From Mobula hypostoma (Eukaryota): a DNA stretch of 64,000 nucleotides. The notes under the pieces are model-generated. The model was not told the DNA's origin, did not search any database, and was given only the letters and a program-made list of their open reading frames with translations. Position numbers and translations under genes: made by a program. The stretch is taken from assembly GCF_963921235.1 (NCBI RefSeq), contig NC_086118.1, forward strand, positions 16,742,001-16,806,000, in the 5' to 3' direction. This document shows, one piece after another, positions 1-12,852 of the stretch. Numbering within the stretch: the first letter of the stretch is position 1; every line of letters starts with the position of its first letter.

Positions 1-290
1 GAGGTCAGAGAACTTAAAATCACCGAAAATTTTAAGAGCGTGAGAAGTGTCACGAACATAGGTAGGAAGGGATTGAACAAGGGGGGATAAAACCATGTCG
101 AGGTATGCAGAAACGAGTTCGGTGGGGCAGGAGCAAGCTGAGACAATAGGTCTGCCAGGACAGGCAGGTTTGTGGATCTTGGGTAGGAGGTAGAAACGGG
201 AAGTGCGAGTTGTGGGAACTATAAGGTTGGTAGCAGTGGATGGGAGATCCCCTGAGCGGATAAAGTCGGTGATGGTGTGGGAGACAATGG
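1..290 (-). mobile_element. Penelope-like element, reverse-transcriptase N-terminal fragment (runs off window edge)
   Basis: Minus-strand translation IVSHTITDFIRSGDLPSTATNLIVPTTRTSRFYLLPKIHKPACPGRPIVSACSCPTELVSAYLD...LPTYVRDTSHAL; FYxLPKIHK..GRPIVS is typical of Penelope RT. The frame is open. Confidence 0.85.
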
Positions 291-317
291 TGGCATGGTC
301 ACTTTACAACATCAGTT

Positions 318-590
318 ATCACTGATCAGGGTTCAGTTCCTCCTGATGTCTGTAAGGAGTCTGTATGTTCTCTATGATCACAGGGGTTTCTTCTGTGTGC
401 TCCAGTTTCCTACCACACTCCAGAGACGTACGAGTTAGGGTTAGTAAATTGTAGGCATGCATTATTGGTGCTGGAAGTGTGCCACCACTTGCATGCTGTC
501 CCCTGCATGCCGCAAATGAAGACCCAAATTGCATATTTCACTGTATGATTTGATATTTCAATGAGAGAAATAAAGCTAATCTTTAAAAAA
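318..590 (+). mobile_element. V-SINE-like element (decayed)
   Basis: Contains ggggtttcttctgtgtgctccagtttcctaccacactccagagacgtac, resembling the V-SINE central domain; related copies at ~21350, ~42840 and ~54640. Confidence 0.6.
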
Positions 591-641
591 TAGTCATGCT
601 GTTTGCACCTGCAATGCCAGCAAAATTTAAAGATTGTGATA

Positions 642-1677
642 TAGTTTGAGCACTCCTTATCCAAAATGCTTGGGGTTGGCAGTGTTTCGGATTTCAGATA
701 TTGGAACATTTGAATCTATATAATGAGAAACCTTGGCGATAGGACTCAAGGCTAAACACAAAATTCATTCACATCACAAATACAGCTTATGTACAGCTGG
801 AGTGAAGCTCAGAGTGAACAATCTGCAGTCAAAGCACATTCTAACGTGATGGAGCTAGGTCCTCCGCAGGCTGACAGAGTTGAGTGACCAACCCCGACCA
901 TGACTATTACTGGGTTCCAGCGCTGCAATTGACTTCATATCCACCATCAATTTCTAACAGCTGCCCATTCCACAGCAACAACAACAGGAGGGGGAGATTG
1001 TTTTATATTATATTTTTAATAATTTTGTGCATCAAACAATAATGTGTACATTGAACCATCAGAAAGGTAAGTTATCAGTTCCTCAGCCAACCAGGTGGAC
1101 AGTCAGTGGCTGTTTGGCATCACCATCATTCCCAACTCTGAATTAATGTGCTACCAGTAAGCAGCCTTAGTCGGACACTTGTTCATCACAGAAATGTACT
1201 GATGCAGCTGTTCAGCATGTTAGATTTTCATCAGCAAACTCATCAATGAATTTCTCTGCTGTTTTGTAATCAGCAGACAGTTATCATCTCAAATCTTTAA
1301 AAATTTAATGCTGTGCCTTTGCTTAAACTTTTGCAACCAGCCTGCTGAATATTCACAATTACTTTCAATCTTCAGTTCGTTGTGATAGATCTGTGCTTGT
1401 TTTATGCTCACTCCGACGCTGAGAAATCCACTCATGCACAACACATTCACGATCTTCATTTACTGCATGATGCAGTGTTTTGCTATTTTTCATTAACTTG
1501 CATTCATTATATACGTGATGTCACTTCTGAGAGCTGTTTTGTGGTTTGCAGAGACCTGTGCATCACCTGGAAACCTTCCCAGTGCCTTGTGGAATTTTCC
1601 ATTTGTTACGTCATCTCAGTGCTCAAAATAATTTTGAATTTCAGATTTCGCAATTTCTACAAGGGGTGCTCAACCTG
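642..1677 (-). mobile_element. Tigger4/Zombi-like (pogo family) internally deleted DNA transposon
   Basis: Termini tagtttgagcactccttatccaaaatgcttggg... and ...aaggggtgctcaacctg are imperfect inverted repeats, each flanked by TA. Minus-strand remnant CEYSAGWLQKFKQRHSIKFLKI (~1290-1360) is a CENP-B/Tigger HTH motif. Confidence 0.8.
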
Positions 1678-2219
1678 TATTCCCAGGTCTGATATAGCTT
1701 TAGATGGCTGGAGTACTCAATGATTTTCAAACTTTAGCTGGCACTGTTAAATAAACCATGCTGGTACTATTCCAGGATGTGGATAGCAGTGGATAACTGA
1801 TAACGTGTGGAGAGTTGGGACGTACGTGGGATTTGACACCCACTTCTCTTAAGTTGGACTGGAGGGAGGCATATGCGGACATGGAGTGGGTTGGAGCATC
1901 AGTTCTCCCCTCCAAAGCTGTGGGCCTCACCTACAATATGAAGAGAAAGTGGAGTTACTGTTCCCCTGGAACTGAATCTTCCAGTGTTTGCTGTAGCAGA
2001 TTCCTCAACAATGATGTAGGTTGCATTTGCCCTTTGAAGAATGTTCTCGCTTGCTTATTGTTCCCTTTACGGTCTGCTTGCCCTGTTGAGATCCACAATG
2101 CTTCCTAGTTGCATCGTAAGATCAAATGCTTGCAACTTTGGATGTGTGCTAGACACTGTCAGCTACCTGCCTGGCATCGTTCATGCATTGCCAGGACTTA
2201 TGCATGGAAACATGTGCAA

Positions 2220-4135
2220 TTCAAGATTTGATATTGTTCAATTTCACCTCCAGTAAACAAGTGTAAAGGAGAACAGAGTAAATGTTACTGCAGATCCAAT
2301 GCAGCACAAAGAAACACAATAAGGTAAAAGAACATAATAAAGTTAAATACATAATATAGCTTATAGACACAGTTTGAATGCCCATAAAGTGACACTAGGC
2401 AGAGGAGTGTCTGTACATAAAGTGCCTCTGACAGGAAATGATAAAGTAGTGGTGGTTGGGGTGTGGAGGGGTGAGCTGTAGATCAGCCTTACTGCCTGGG
2501 AAAGTAACTGATTTTGAACCTGGTGGTCCTGGCGTCGAGGCTAAGTAGCTTTCTCCCAAATGGGAGTGAGATGAATAGTCCACGAGCAGGGTGGGTGAAA
2601 TCCTTCATGGTGTTTCTGGCCCTTTTCCAGCAGATTTCTGTACCTATGTCCTTGTTGGTGGGCAATGTTCCCTCTAATTTTTAGTAGTCAGTGTGCGCAA
2701 AAAACTTAGGTTGTACAATTTGTTTTTCCCCTGTGACAGAAGTATGTGCGCACTGAATGTACACATGGCACAGTTTATGTAGGTTTACAAAATATTTGAC
2801 ATAAAACTGCACAGAATAACCACAAAATAACATAGATATTTAAGTCACTCAGTTATTTTTTTCTCTCTCCTGTCTTTGGTATTTCCCCATTCTTTGTAAA
2901 CTCTATCTAGACTAATAGAATGTCCATCCAATTGATAGCTGTTGATTCTCATTAACATATCCCAATGACATTCACCTAAATGGTTTCTCAGCTTGTTTTT
3001 GAGTTGATTCATTAGACTAAAACCTCGCTCACAGTCCGCACTAGATGCAAGAAAGGTTCCCCCAATGTCCATCAACTGTGTAAGGTTGCAAAACTGTTCA
3101 ATTTGAAGTACAAATGCCACCATTTGAGCAAAGTTTGAAATCAGTTTGGATTTAATTTTTTCTTGCATGGAAAATTTGAAATCATTAAACTGTCCAACTA
3201 TTACCGTATTTTCAGGTAGAAAATCATGATATTTTAGATATAAGGCATTAACACATTCATCGCCAAATGTGAAGTCACGATCTGCAATTGCGAAGAAATC
3301 AAAAGCTGACCATTCTTGTACCTCATCTTCAGGAAACCTTTCTTCTAAATGAACCCAAAGACTATTTATAAAAGTCAACAGTGAACTTGTATCTACTGTG
3401 ACGTTTTCTTCACATTGTTGGCTTAGCAAAACTTTTAACTTTGTCACTCCATGAAACATTGTCTCCCAGATACTGCTTTCTTATCCTGTTAATTTTGTCT
3501 CACACAAAATGAAGTGAATCAATTGGCTCAGGCCACTGTTTTGCAGAATCTTGCACAGTGCAGCCGGTTCATCAAAGACATCACTTAAAACCTGTAAGGC
3601 TACTTTGTATGTGATGTTCATCAATTTCTTGTGACAGTAATTAGCTACAGGATCATTTGACTGATCTTTTTCAATAAAAACTTAGTAAGCCATCTACAGG
3701 ATTTGAAACAGATCTTTGTAAACTTTACGATATGAACACTGTCCGCCAAAGATGGCTGCCGCCGTGATGCAGCTGTACAAACCGGAACAGGAAAGGTGAG
3801 GTGACATAAATTAGTGACATGCATTGTGGTATTTGAAAAACTGACTAACTAGTTAACAGAAACATCTAGCTAAAAGATTATTTTCAATAAGTATGATTAT
3901 TAATTACTACATTATTTTAGGTAACTAACCTTTTGTGCCCACATTAATTTCCTTTGTGTGTTGGTTGAAAAATGTGTGCGCGTGCACACACGCACAGCTT
4001 AGAGGGAACACAGTTGGTGGGTAGGCGGTTGGGGCCGCTGATGCATTGTGCAGTTTTGCTTACCCGTTGCAGAGACCTACTGCCCACCGCGGTACAGTTT
4101 CTATACCATGCAGTAATGCAGCTTGATAATGTAAA
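2220..4135 (-). mobile_element. Rex/Babar LINE 3' fragment, split by a hAT insertion
   Basis: Minus-strand ITAWYRNCTAVGSRSLQRVSKTAQCISG at ~4014-4130 continues on the other side of the hAT (2220-2662) into the 3' end. The same motif (ITAWYGNC...LQRVVRTAQ) occurs at 35307-35567. Confidence 0.7.
2663..4013 (-). mobile_element. hAT DNA transposon, internally deleted, with C-terminal transposase (ZNF862-like dimerisation domain) fragment
   Basis: TIRs caatgttccctctaa / ttagagggaacacag; exact 8-bp TSD TTGGTGGG at 2655-2662 and 4014-4021; ORF 2845-3459(-) has the hAT motif SSADCERGFSLMNQLKNKLRNHL. Confidence 0.9.
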
Positions 4136-4779
4136 ACTGCTGAACACATTAGAGGCCAGAAGGTGCAAATCTCAGTTAATGATTGATATTCCTTCTCAAT
4201 TCAATATCAAGCACAACAAGTTATTTTCTCAAACAATTCTTATGTATACGACCATCATTTTGAACTGCTTGATCTAAAATATTTTAGTGGTTACAAACGT
4301 GTTGCTAAGATTGTAGATATGAGGCTTAGCAGATCAGAGGAGGGAAACGTTTCGGAATGTTTAAGGTTCTAAGGTTTGCTTTGAAATGTTCTGATTTAAT
4401 AAGTGTTAGGAAAATACACTGTTAGGTTTGGGGAATTATGGAATTCTAATCCTTCAATTACTGGATGATGTAGTAGGTTTCATACTGTCCATTCATCTGC
4501 GTTCAAAATTAGCTTCCATTAACGTGATGAATGTTTTTTTTCCCCTCTGTTGCTGGAAGGGCCACATGTGACATAAATTTGGGAAGTCTCTCTTCAGAGG
4601 GAAGGATCCACGGTAAAAACTGCCCCTAATTTGGCATTCAAATTAGCAAAGCTTTTTTTAGAGAGGACTCAGAAGAATGGCTGTCATGAGAAATGCAAAA
4701 ACACCATATAGTGTCAAATTTGGGCAAAATGAAGCACTGGCGTTGCATGCCAACCAGAGCATTAATTGTTCGATAGATG

Positions 4780-5035
4780 GGATCCAGGAGGAGAGAGTGG
4801 ATTGTACTGATAATTGGCTCAGTAAGAGGAAGAAGAAGATCATGATCGAGGATTGTTTCTCAGACTGGCCCTTGTCTGGTGGTGTGCCACAGGCCTCTTT
4901 GCCGGAACCTTTATTATTTGTAATTTATGTAAACGTTCTGGATATGAATGGATAAAGCGAGTTTGCAGCTGATAATGAAACAGGTGATGTTTCAGATAGT
5001 GCAGAAGATTTGAAAATTGTAGGGAGATCTTGATC
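4780..5035 (+). mobile_element. CR1 LINE RT fragment (highly decayed)
   Basis: SGGVPQASLPEPLLFVIYVNVLD resembles the CR1 motif TSGVPQGSVLGPLLFVIYINDLD. Confidence 0.65.
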
Positions 5036-5181
5036 AGTTCAAAGTACATCTTTCATCAAAGTATGTATACTATATTTAAACGCAAACAACAGGAATTCTG
5101 CAGATGCTGGAAATTCAAGCAACATACATCAAAGTTGCTGGTGAACGCATCAGGCCAGGCAGCATCTGTAGGAAGAGGTAC

Positions 5182-5217
5182 AGTCGACGTTTCAGGCCGA
5201 GACCCTTCGTCAGGACT
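5182..5217 (-). ncRNA. Minimal hammerhead ribozyme motif (inverted copy)
   Basis: Exact reverse complement of 5864-5899 (agtcgacgtttcaggccgagacccttcgtcaggact). Confidence 0.75.
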
Positions 5218-5863
5218 AACTGAAGGAAGAGTGAGTAAGGGATTTGAAAGTTGGAGGGGGAGGGGGAGATCCAAAATGATAGGAGAAGACAGGAGGGGGA
5301 GGGATGGAGCCGAGAGCTGGACAGGTGATAGGCAAAAGGGGATACGAGAGGATCATGGGACAGGAGGTCCGGGAAGAAAGACAAGGGGGGGGGTGACCCA
5401 GAGGATGGGCAAGAGGTATATTCAGAGGGACAGAGAGAGTAAAAGGAGAGTGCGAGAAAGAATGTGTGATGAGGCCACACTCAGGTTGGAGGAACAACAC
5501 TTTATATTCCGTCTGGGTAGCCTCCAACCTGATGGCATGAACATCGACTTCTCTAACTTCCGCTAGGCCCCACCTCCCCCTCGTACCCCATCTGTTACTC
5601 AGTTTTATGCACACATTCTTTCTCTCACTCTCCTTTTTCTCCCTCTGTCCCTCTGAATATACCTCTTGTCCATCCTCTGGGTCACCCCCCCCACCCTTGT
5701 CTTTCTTCTCGGACCTCCTGTCCCATGATCCTCTCGTATCCCCTTTTGCCTATCACCTGTCCAGCTCTCGGCTCTATCCCTCCCCCTCCTGTCTTCTCCT
5801 ATCATTTTGGATCTCCCCCTCCCCCTCCAACTTTCAAATCCCTTACTCACTCTTCCTTCAGTT

Positions 5864-5899
5864 AGTCCTGACGAAGGGTCTCGGCCTGAAACGTCGACT
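5864..5899 (+). ncRNA. Minimal type-I hammerhead ribozyme motif in Penelope terminal repeat
   Basis: AGTC-CTGACGA-agggtctcggcct-GAAA-C-GTC-GACT: stem I AGTC/GACT, CUGANGA and GAAA core boxes, GUC cleavage triplet, vestigial stem III. Confidence 0.75.
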
Positions 5900-6779
5900 G
5901 TACCTCTTCCTAGAGATGCTGCCTGGCCTGCTGCGTTCACCAGCAACTTTGATGTATGTTGTATGTATACTATATACAAACTTGAGAATTGTTTCCTTAC
6001 AGGCAGACACAAAACAAAGAAACTCAATAGAACCCATTAAAAACAAAGACCATCAAACACCCAATGTGCAGAAGCAAAAACAAATCATGCAATTAAAATC
6101 AAGTCAGCAAGTAACTTTCAGAACTGAAGCTCACAAAACTGATAACATGGCCACAAATCCAGCCATCATTGCAGCCGATTCAGGAGCCCATTAGATGCAG
6201 GTAACAGCCTCAGGAGCAGTGATCTGAACTGGATAGTCCCTTGCCTCTGGCCTTCTCAATCAAGCCCAGCACTTAAATCACTCAATCCTCAGTTGGCTCC
6301 TTGCTCCTGAACCCGGGCCCTGCTGCTTCGACATGCTTTCAGGTCCTGGCCCTGCTGCCCCAATTTGGCCCCTATCTGCCCTTTCCAATGTCACCCAGCA
6401 CTTAAATTGCTCAACTCTTGGGTCTTTCCTCGCTCTAGGGCCCCGGGCTGGGCCTTGCCACCTTGACTCTGCCCCACCTCCGCTCACCCCGCCTCGCTTC
6501 TGCTGCATCAAATCGCCCCATTGGCTTATTCCCCGCTCTCGAGCTTGGTCCCTGCCACCTCGATTCAGCCACACCACAACCATTCTGCACTTTTGAGACT
6601 TCAGTTCACACTGCAAAAATGCCAGAACATACAGATGGTTCAAAAGCTCAACCCAGAAAGGGAAGTCACAGGCTATTGACTGCAGTGATCATATCCAAGA
6701 AAAAGAGTGATTAATACAGTAATTTAGTTTTTTTTTTTGGTTGCTACCAGCAATCCCTCGCGGTGCCAGTCCCATGTAA

Positions 6780-7550
6780 TGTGGGTTGACAACTGGCAAA
6801 TGGCTTTCAATCCATGTATATATGAGGTTTACACTTTGGGAGATCAAACCAGGGTAGGACTTGCATAGTGAATAGAGAGTCTGTAATGGAACAGAGGGAC
6901 CTAGGAGTACAAATGCATAGTTTGATGAAAGTGGTGTCCCAGGTAGGCAGGATGGTGAAAAAGGCCTTCATCAGTCAGGGCATTGAGTATGGGAGTTGGG
7001 AAGTTACGTTGCAGTTATATTAAGACATTGATGAGGCTGCATTTGGAGTACTGTGTACTACTTTGGTCAGCCTGTAACAGAAAAGACATTATCAAACTAG
7101 AAAGAGTGCAGAAAAGATTTACCAGGATGTTGCCTGGACTTAGGTCTCCAGTTACAAGATTGCATAAACTAAGACGCTGTTCCTTGCAGCACAGGAAATT
7201 GAGGGTGTCCTGCCAGAGGCATACAATATCACGAGATACATAGACAGGATGGCCAGGGAGGCAGGTGATAAAAACAAAAGGGCACAGGTTTAAGATTAGA
7301 GGTGAGATATTTAAAAAGGGACATCACAGCAGCTTCTTCACGCAAAGGGTGGCATTTGGGATGAACTGCCAGGAAAAGTGGTTGAGGTGCACTCATCAGC
7401 AATATTTGAAAGCCATCTAGATAAATAGAGGACAGGAGAGTTTTGGAAGGCTATGGCCAGACGCGGGCAGATGGAACTACCTCTCTGGGAAACAAGGTTG
7501 ACATGGATGAGTTGGACTGTAAGCCTTGGCTCCATGCTGTATGACTATGA
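6780..7550 (+). mobile_element. CR1 LINE 3' fragment
   Basis: RLHLEYCVLLWSACNRKDIIKLERVQKRFTRMLPGL, followed by a CR1-type 3' UTR ending atgactatga. Confidence 0.85.
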
Positions 7551-8578
7551 CGATGAGATATGCTCTGATGAGGCTGGTAGTGAGGTTTGTTGAGAGGACA
7601 ATATACAGAATATTCTATTGAGGAATATATATATGATCTGAATGTAGTTATTCTGACTCCCATTTCAAGAGAACTTTGTAACTACTATGGATATCTACAT
7701 TTCAAATCATTTTTTGCTAAATGTACTGATTGCATTTTACTTTAGGAGAAAACTCCAGACGATTATGATAAACAGCACTGATGAATAAAAATACCCAGTT
7801 AGTGATCCAAGATTTTAAGTGAGGATTTATAAGGTATAGGTTATGTTTGCCAAATCTAATTACAATTTTTGAGTCAGTCATTTATATAGTGGATAGGTAA
7901 AAATCCATGGATGCTGCACAAATTAATTTCTAGAGTATCCTAAAGTTTATTGGCAATATGCAGCAAAGAGGAGGTAACTTTTTACATGAACTAAAATTTT
8001 ATCAATTTAACAAATATGTGAGATGCAAGAAAAAAGGGGCTGAGGAGGACATTCTGAGATTGGGAACATATGGTAAGTGGTGTTTATAGAGGTCAGATAT
8101 GTATACGATGTCAATATTATTTATTGTCTAGGTCTCACTGCATGCTGCTGGGAGTTGATTCATTTTCAGGGAGATACAAATGGAACTTAAAAATTTTTAG
8201 TGAACATCCCATTTCTGAACTTATGATGGAAAAGAAGATCATTGATGAAGAACTAAAGAAGATTGTGCCTCAAAAACTGCCCTTTCACAAGTCCACCATG
8301 TTAAGGGGATAAACTCTTGACCTCATTTCTTTCAGTAACTCTGCCAGTAATTCACAGGAAATCTTAAGAGCTTTTCTACTGTCACATTCCTTCAGATAAA
8401 GATCTGGGGTTTCTTTTTGGTGTCCTTTAGCTTTCTTTTTCTTACTTTGTGCTTAGAGACTTTCAAAAACTCCCCTGTAAGCAATGACAACAGCAAAAAA
8501 AAATAGCCATCCAACATAATTTTTCTTTCAGCATTGGTTAATCTTATTAGGATTATTGATAATACTTCAAAACAACAT

Positions 8579-8656
8579 CAAGTGCCCAACCTGGGGTCCA
8601 TGAACCCCTTGCTTAATGGTATTGGTCCATGGCATTAAAAGAGTTGGCAACCCCTG
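8579..8656. mobile_element. ~78-bp hAT/Charlie-type MITE
   Basis: caagtgcccaacc...gttggcaacccctg termini. The core ccccttgcttaatggtattggtccatggc is shared with copies at 23038-23103 and 49741-49803. Confidence 0.65.
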
Positions 8657-10129
8657 ACTTCGTGGATTAGTAGGCCTTCTCTGTTAAAGACGATTACATA
8701 GGATATTTGGTCGGGGGAAGTATTTTAGTATGTTGTGAAAAAACTAGTGTAAGATCTCCCCATTACATATCCTGTTGAGGCCCATGGAGAAAAAAAAGAC
8801 TTGTATTTTGTTGAACAAACCCATGCTTTGGTAAATAGTGTACAGTCATGACTCCAAAATACTATCTGGCAACCTCTAGCATCTCTGGCAAGTCAGGCTG
8901 TGAGATAAAATGTTCAATGCAATTTTACAATGGTCAAGATAACTTTTCTAGCTTTCAGAAGGCAAGATAGGCACAAATAGATTTTGTTTACAGGGCTATT
9001 AAGCAGGGCTGAAGCTTTTACATGATGTCTTTGAGAAATAATGCAGCTTTCATGTTATCTGTTATCACATATTAGCAATCAATCTATTGAACCACTTTTT
9101 TAAAGATTACCACAATATTGCCCTATACTAATAGGATACACGAAAGAAATGCAAAAAAAATCTATTTTCTTCAGCCCAAAGCATCATTTGGTTGTGTTTC
9201 CTACACCGGTGAAAATAAATATTTTGATAGCGTGAATTTTAACCATGCTATCTATCCTCAAGAATATAGAATTACTTTGGTCAGTATGAGATTTGATGGA
9301 TTAAAGAAGGCAGAATAATACTCTTTGCATGGGAGAACACCATTATACAATTATGGACATGCCCTCTTGTTTAGAGGACTGAATGTTAATATGTGATTGC
9401 ATTTTATTGACACAGTTAGTGTATCATTTCATATACAAGATCCACTAAAATCTTTAGCAAAGATTGCAAAGTGGAGGAAATATCATAGTGTTCACTGTAC
9501 TGCATTACCTTTCTAGTCAAAACACAGAAAATAGATTTGAAAAGTCCAAAGGACCACCATACATACAGACAGAACTGACAGAGCTCTTGGAGGAAGCTCA
9601 AAAGCATATAAAAGTTACAATCACCCAGATTTTGTGGTTGTTATGACTGCAGAGCAATCCCCATTTATTTTCATTATACCATGAAATTGACACTACCTAA
9701 ACAATTGCTGCAGACTCATAGTTTAGCCTAGCAATCTTGCTTTGCTGTCAGGGCTTCACTACCACTTTGGAGGTTCTGCAATGTCCTTTGCAACTATTTC
9801 CCAATTTTTCTCAATTTCAAAGGAAAATAAGTGAATTTATGGAGATTTCAGTTAGTTATAGAGTAAAACATGCTAAAAATGTGCTGCACATTGTTTCAAG
9901 AGATGCCAGTCATTAGTGGTACGTTAAGCCATAATTATAACATTGCAACTTATATAGGCCTAATAAAACTCATGTAATACATCTGCAATTTAAATTATTT
10001 CAGCTAGATGTTTCAAAACATAATGATACATCTTCAGTCTCTAATACTACCCACTCAGTAAGCTATTGTCTATCTATGCCTAGCTTACATTATTAACTTT
10101 AACTGGGGCCAAATGTTTTGAGATGAGTA

Positions 10130-10720
10130 TTAAGGTTCAAAGTTCAAAGTAAAACTTATTATCAGAGTACATACATGTCACCACTACAACCCTGAGATTC
10201 TTTTCCCCAGAGGCATTCTCAGCAACTGTGAACAGGATCACTGAACAACAAACTGTGCAAATCCAAATATAAAAAATAGCAATAACTTTCAAGAGCATGA
10301 AATAACAAGATAAAGAGTCCTTAAAGTGAGATTGTTGGTTGTGGAAACTCTAGTGTGGAGTGTAGCTTCCTGTTTTATTGAAGAGCCTGATGGTTGATAG
10401 GTAGTAACTGCTCTTGGCCCTGGTGGTCCTGAGGCACTTGTACCTTCTACCTGATGGCAGCAGCGAGGAAAGTGTGTGCTAAGTGGTGAGGATCTTTGAT
10501 GACAGATGCTGCCTTCCTATGACAACATTTCATGTAGATGTACTCAATGGCTGGGAGGGCTTTACTGGCCAAATTCACTACCTTTTGTAGGATTTGACAC
10601 TCAAAGGCATTGGTGGTCCCATACCTGGCATGCAGGCAGTCAATACACTTTCCACCACACATCTATAGAAGTTTGTCAAAGTATTTAACAACATGCCAAA
10701 TCTCTGCAGACTCCTTAAGG
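10130..10720 (-). mobile_element. Rex/Babar LINE 3' fragment
   Basis: Minus-strand LQKVVNLASKALPAIEYIYMKCCHRKAASVIKDPHH, then a 3' UTR ending in a (ttgaac)n-like repeat. Confidence 0.7.
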
Positions 10721-12765
10721 TTGATACATTCTCGTGCATTTAATGTAAACAACTAAAAGTTTGGGTATTCATTCAGCTTCTGAATGCTGTGATCATTTTG
10801 ACCTGGTGTTTGACAGCAACCACTAGAAGAAAAAGGAAATATTAAGACTAAAGAGACATTGGTCTCTTCCAATCTTTTATAAGAGGGCTTTCACTTCTTA
10901 TTGTTTCCATATGCTCAGCCTATTCCCTCTAGCTCATCTGATTCTAATGTTCAGTAGTTCTTGTCAGTTCTTTACACTATCAATTAATTTACATAGCCTC
11001 AATCATGGCCAATATCAAAGAGCTCTACCTCAAAATTAGAGAGTTTGGTGAAAGCAAGATAGAAGCAATGTACAAGAATTTTTTTCTTTGCAATTCAGAT
11101 ATTTAGAAAACACAATGAAAATTTGGGTTTATCAGTTTAATTTATTCATTTTAAAAGATAATAATTAAGTATGATTTTTAAATGAAACCAATAAAGTTAT
11201 GCAGGTTGGGTCATTTTAGTTTTAACATCCTGAAATTCATTCCTGAAATGGAACAAAGGAGGAAAAGCAAAAACAGTTACCTAAATAATAACAAGATAAT
11301 TTCAATCCTTCAATCAAAGAGTACCAAATGAAAAAGTGTTTTGCTAAGATAAGTATTGTTTGCATCCTTTGTTGGCAGTTTCTCAAGAGACAGGAAAAAG
11401 ATAGTTTCTTTAGATCCAACCACTGTACTGCATATTTCTTTAATCTTATTGTCTCACTGCACAGTTCATACTTATATTCCTTCTCAGCCTTCTGGAAAAA
11501 TAGTTTTCTTACTTGACTGACTTGGCCTGTTTACTTACAAACTTATTCTAGTTCAGTGAAGTTTACAGAGATGAAGGAAAATGAATTTAACTACTTTTTT
11601 TTTCTGTTGGGACAAACCTTCAGTGCGATTTTATTGTGATTCAACAATTGAAAGACTGAAAATTAATTTTCCATGTACTAGTATCAGGGAAAAAATGATT
11701 GGAGCCAACTTAAGATGGCAAACTCAAGTAGTGCTTTATATAGCTTTGATTTATAAATAGGAAAGTTAACAAAGGAAAAAGAAGGAAGGTACAGACTGCA
11801 TGAAATATGTATGAGCAAATGTGGTATAATTATAGAACCCATCTTCCATACCAATTCTAAGCAACGTCACTGCCAACTTCTAATGTTTTCTCATAACATA
11901 ACTGCTATCTGTACCTTAGTAAAGCATTAACAAAAATGTTGGGCATGGTGGAAAGAATTCATTTATTCACTCTAATCCCTGTGACTGCCATGATTTTTCC
12001 AATTGTAGTCAACATTTCCATGCTGTCAGCACTTATTCAACCCATGGAAGCTCAGAAAGTAATGAATAGCAACAATAAAGTGTTAAAGAAATTTATTTTA
12101 AAGGTTACTGCGCAATTATCCAGATCCTCCAAAACACTATTGCTTGTGAGTAGTGAATGCTGTTTTGCAAACTGCCTAAAGTCATAATAAATGTCAAAGA
12201 GCGGGGGAAACGTTTTATATTTTTTAACTTGCATCACTACTATAACGCATATGCAAGTCACTATGAAGACTCAATGCAAGTATTAGAGCTGACATGTTTT
12301 CACCAACATTGTACATCTTCAAAAAAATTGGGGGTGGTGAGCGGCTGGTTGGGTGTATGGAGGAGTTAATTAATTTCAAAATGTTTTGAGAGAGTATCAC
12401 TACTTTGGTCAAGAGCAAGGTAAATGCATATCAAGAATTGGTAATTGGAAGTGTTTCATTTCCAACTGAATAATTAAAATGATTGTAAGTGGCAAACCCT
12501 TTAAGTTATATGCTTTGTAGTTAATAAACCATGATGATCCTGGATGTCCTGGCCAAAGTCTTTTGATTAGGCTCCTAGTTAAATGGCTATGAGTTTGGAA
12601 AGTTAGCTCCTTCATACATGCCAGGTACTGCAAACTTGCCTGTGGGATGTGGGTTCACAGATTTCTTTGAAATTTTCTGTTGAAGTAGGTAGGCAAAGTC
12701 TGTCTAGACACTTTTACGTCCCATAGAAATGCAAATAGCTAATGGAAATTGCAATGTTATGCAGG

Positions 12766-12852
12766 CTAGATGCTGCCTGGCCTGCTGCGTTCACCAGCAA
12801 CTTTGATGTGTGCTGCTTGAATTTCCAGCATCTGCAGAATTCCTGTTGTTTT
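12766..12852 (+). mobile_element. Short Penelope terminal-repeat fragment
   Basis: gatgctgcctggcctgctgcgttcaccagcaactttgatgtgtg...cagcatctgcagaattcctgttg is near-identical to the 5076-5960 element ends. Confidence 0.75.

Larger units (their letters stand above)
5076..5960. mobile_element. Penelope-like insertion with inverted terminal (pLTR) copies and GIY-YIG C-terminus
   Basis: Arms ~5120-5468 and ~5610-5960 are near-perfect inverted repeats. Between them lies DEATLRLEEQHFIFRLGSLQPDGMNIDFSNFR* (end of the Penelope GIY-YIG ORF). A 15-bp direct repeat gtatgtatactatat flanks it at 5061-5075 and 5961-5975. Confidence 0.85.

Noticed and set aside
2845..3459. Domesticated ZNF862-like host gene
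   Set aside because: Bounded by TIRs and an exact 8-bp TSD; only the C-terminal transposase part remains.
5030..6194. Overlapping 120-195-aa ORFs on both strands
   Set aside because: By-products of the purine/pyrimidine-skewed Penelope inverted repeat; only the last ~33 codons of 5030-5566 are real GIY-YIG sequence.
7740..7840. Possible host exon (ttttag...aag|gtatag)
   Set aside because: Splice-like ends, but no recognisable peptide and stops in the frames examined.
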